Source of the DNA: Tricharina praecox
Taxonomy: Eukaryota
DNA length: 64,000 bases
Assembly: GCF_024521635.1 (NCBI RefSeq)
Contig: NW_026250405.1
Span: 992,001-1,056,000, forward strand
Direction: 5' to 3'
Part shown: one piece after another, positions 60,861-64,000 of the stretch
How positions within the stretch are numbered: position 1 is the first letter of the stretch
Layout of the letters: every line of letters starts with the position of its first letter
Notes under the pieces: generated by a model
What the model was told of the DNA's origin: nothing
What the model saw: only the letters and a program-made list of their open reading frames with translations
The model's database searches: none
Made by a program: the position numbers and the translations under genes

Positions 60861-61334
60861 AAGATTACCCATCGACAGCAAGGTGCGCCCCTACGATTGT
60901 ATCGATTTACACGAGTACTCTACGTACGGACGAATTGTTCGAGCGAGCGCGAAAAAGACCCCACCATCCAGCATCCACCACCATCCATCATCCACCCGCA
61001 CGCAGGCGGGCGGGCGGGCGGGAGTGCGGGAGTGCCACATTCAATCGAGACGCCCGACACGCCAAGGGAGCCCGGAGGGGACAGGAAAAGATATTTGCAC
61101 TGTGCCTGTCTGTGCAGAATGTGCATAGCAGGTTTTTATTTCTTGCTCACTGCACAAGCACTGGCAGTCTGGCACAGCTATGTGAAGCCCCTTGTCGCCA
61201 TGTAAACTTCCCTGTTGCGCACCTCCGTCCAATGGCGTGCAAAAGTTCCTGGTAGCGAGAGCGCCAAGATGCAAGGGTCGGGACGGGACTCGGCTGGTGA
61301 GCACTGACCAGCACCCTTTCTCTCGCCCTCGTGC

Positions 61335-61394
61335 TGGTGGTGGTGGTGGTGGTGGTGGTGGTGGTGGTGGTGGTGGTGGTGGTGGTGGTGGTGG
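61335..61394. repeat. (TGG)n microsatellite, ~20 units
   Basis: Read directly. Confidence 0.97.
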
Positions 61395-61889
61395 CGGCTA
61401 AGTTCGACAACTTCGGGCCTCTGCGACGTTTTTGCCGTGCTCGATGGGAAACATACCGATGTACGAGTACCGTGGATCGGTTGGTGCGGTACAGTGCGGG
61501 GCGGGGAGACAAGTCGCGCATCCAACACAAAGTAGGAAGAAGCAACTCCACCTTCCACCTGCATGCTCCGCGGTGGTCTAGAGTAGGTACATGCGAGGTG
61601 AATCTTCCGAGTCTTCCTCCCTCCCTACGGCGAGAGTACGGGCACGGGCACGTGCACGCGTCCGCAGGTGAAGGGGAATCCACACATCGGTACCGGTAGC
61701 CCTGTCACGCCCCCCCCCCCTCGCCCCCCCCCGGCCGTCAAGTTGGTCTCTGGCGACGATGACGATGACGATGACGGCAGTTGGCGAGTTTGGACTTTGA
61801 AGTACCGCGTACCGGTAACTACTTGCAGAAGAGCTCTGGAGATGAGAACCTGCCGAGCAGCGCGAAAGTGCCTGGTCTTTGGTTGGAGT

Positions 61890-61985
61890 ATGTAAATAAG
61901 AAGCATGTAAATAAGAAGCATGTAAATAAGAAGCATGTAAATAAGAAGCATGTAAATAAGAAGCATGTAAATAAGAAGCATGTAA
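61890..61985. repeat. 15-bp minisatellite (ATGTAAATAAGAAGC) x6 plus a partial unit
   Basis: Six perfect copies read directly. Confidence 0.97.
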
Positions 61986-62805
61986 GCACTTGGGTAAGGT
62001 AGAGTACACGCCAGACCTGTTGGTTACAAGAGCCTTTCATCACCACCAATGGTTAATTGGTGGGCGGAAACCTATCACCCTGCAGAACTGTGTTTGGCGG
62101 TGCCCACTCTACATACATTGCATCATACCATACCATACCACACACATCGTCCAGTATACTTCGACATGGCTGGTCCCGTTCTCCGCCTCTTAACTGCCTA
62201 CACAACCTACATACGGTACTCTACAGTTAGGTGACCAACCGTAGCCTCCGCGTTTGAGGTTCTGTCCTTTCTTTAGTCCTTTCTTTGGACTCATCGGAAA
62301 GTCGCGTAAGGCAACGAACATTACTGGTAGTCTGTTATCAACTGTAGGGATTACCTGCTATTTTCTCGTGCCGCACACTTCCGTCCTCTGGTCACTGGTG
62401 CGAATTGCTGACTACGTTGTATGTACTGGTCCCTATCGGCATGGATGGGTTGGTGGGAGGCGGGGGGAAATACATACCGGTACTTGATTCACCGGGTTCC
62501 TTGAAGCTGCACCCTCCCTACGCGGTGACCGGAGCCGACTGCCATTGGACGCTCTTCCTGTCGCTGCCTCGCTACTTTGGCGAGCAGCGTCCTGGTGACG
62601 AGGGTACTTCTTGGTACAGCTGATACCAAGACAAGACCAGCCAGCAGACAGGTTGCGCCGAAGGGCGAGCGAGAGAGCGAGCGGGCGGCCATCGAGAGAC
62701 AGAGAGACAGACGCCAGAGACCTTGCAAGTAGTGATAGTTGCAATGCTATAGGTGGCAACTATGGCGGAATCCCTGCGCATGGAGGCCGACGGCCCTGGC
62801 AGGCG

Positions 62806-62947
62806 GAGGCAGGCAGGCAGAGGCAGGCAGGCAGAGGCAGGCAGAGGCAGGTCGACGACCACCCACCACCACCCGCCACCACCCACCACCACCCACCACC
62901 ACCCACCACCACCCACCACCACCCACCACCCACCACCACCCACCACC
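62806..62947. repeat. Adjacent 10-bp tandem repeats (AGGCAGGCAG)n and (ACCCACCACC)n
   Basis: Read directly. Confidence 0.9.
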
Positions 62948-64000
62948 CTCCCTCCTCGAGTCCAGGCGCTTACCGGATAGACACCCCCCCCCCCCAGCCA
63001 TGCAGCCATCCAGTCGCGACGGCAGGACGTGCTTGCTTGGTCTTGCTTGGCCTGGTCGCAGAGCAGAGCTATTGTCGACACTGCGGCTTTGCGCACTGTG
63101 GTTGGTGACAGGGTTGGCTGCACGGAGGGGAACACAATCCTCTCTGGCTCGCCAACCAGATCGGCGGGATCTATCGCCATACTTGTGTGTGGCAGGAGGA
63201 GGGGAGCGGACGCGGCTGGCATGGGTGCGTTTTGTTTTGTTTGGCTGCCCCGACGAATCGTCTCGTCTGCTTGGCTGGCTGGCGGCTTTGCTGCTGCTCA
63301 TTGCTCGCCGTCGCTGCTCCTTCGGCCCGCCGCGAGAGGGAGGCGGCGAGGATAGGTGGGAAGCAGGAACGTAATAACATCAGCGTGTTTCCCGGTTTCC
63401 CACGAACGCTCTCTTTCTGTTCCTTCCGGACTCTTTCGACTCGTTCACGTCGCGACCGTCTCTGTCGATTTGCCCGACCCCGCGAAAAACACCCTCGAAA
63501 CACACGACATCGCGCGCCATCAAAAGCCGGCGTCGCTTGGTTCCTTGATAATACGCTGCTCCCCCGTGTCCATGGGCATTTGTCCGTGACGGCCTCTCGT
63601 GCTCCGTGTCATTGCCGTGTAGTCGATCGTCGCTCGCGAAATCCGCACCCGCGTCGCGCCTCGGCAATTCCCGGGGAAGGCGGAGGAGAAAGAGAGAGAG
63701 AGCATCGGCGAGGACAGACCGTCGGGGGACTTGTTTGCGGTTGGGCACGGCAGGGCCGCCCCGTCTTGAGTTGCAGTCCGCAGGTGGTGGTAGAAGTCGT
63801 GCTGGACGTGCATACAACCAACTACCACTGTACTCCGCCTCAGTTTTGCGCCTCGCCACAGCTGCCTCCCTGGCTGGTGGACTACAGCACACCACAGCAC
63901 AGCACAGGAATCACGCCCCACGACGTCGACAACGCACAGGGGGGGGGAGGAGGGCGGGTGCGAAAGCTGCAGGCTGGACGGGCAGCATCGCATTCTTATT

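Noticed and set aside
61890..61985. Regular repeats resembling a CRISPR array or telomeric tract
   Set aside because: The units are contiguous with no spacers, the DNA is eukaryotic with no cas genes, and the unit is not TTAGGG-like.
61147..63374. Poly-His, poly-Thr, poly-Val and (WWWVVVGGG) ORFs
   Set aside because: These are translations of (TGG)n, 15-mer and (ACCCACCACC)n repeats that stay open in several frames.

Overview
Intron-containing eukaryotic DNA from a filamentous ascomycete. The gene content and relaxed GT donors suggest Pezizomycetes, but this is inference only. The window has three zones. (1) Bases 1-20 kb: the 5' end of a DHA1 MFS transporter, a ~4.7 kb low-complexity spacer, then a dense block of housekeeping genes: a mitochondrial-type valyl-tRNA synthetase, SWC5, a histidine acid phosphatase, a mitochondrial PPR protein, PHO85-type CDK, 6-phosphogluconolactonase and an MMT-type CDF transporter. 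(2) Bases 20-55 kb: a gene-sparse accessory zone with an orphan ORF, a TpA-rich decayed tract holding a gag/ORF1 retroelement pseudogene, a cutinase, a two-RRM protein, a GH51 arabinofuranosidase, a 135-bp MITE-like hairpin, a LaeA-like methyltransferase, another orphan ORF and an ankyrin-repeat protein. (3) Bases 55-64 kb: no supportable gene, with many micro- and minisatellites. The most unusual signals are the intergenic heptamer TAGAGTA/TACTCTA (about 34 copies by eye, often as palindromic pairs), a dedicated and C-terminally shortened mitochondrial ValRS, an apparently 5'-truncated NLR-associated ankyrin gene with highly similar repeats, and a minisatellite built from forkhead-like sites. 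No rRNA, tRNA or CRISPR was found. All exon models and counts were made by eye.
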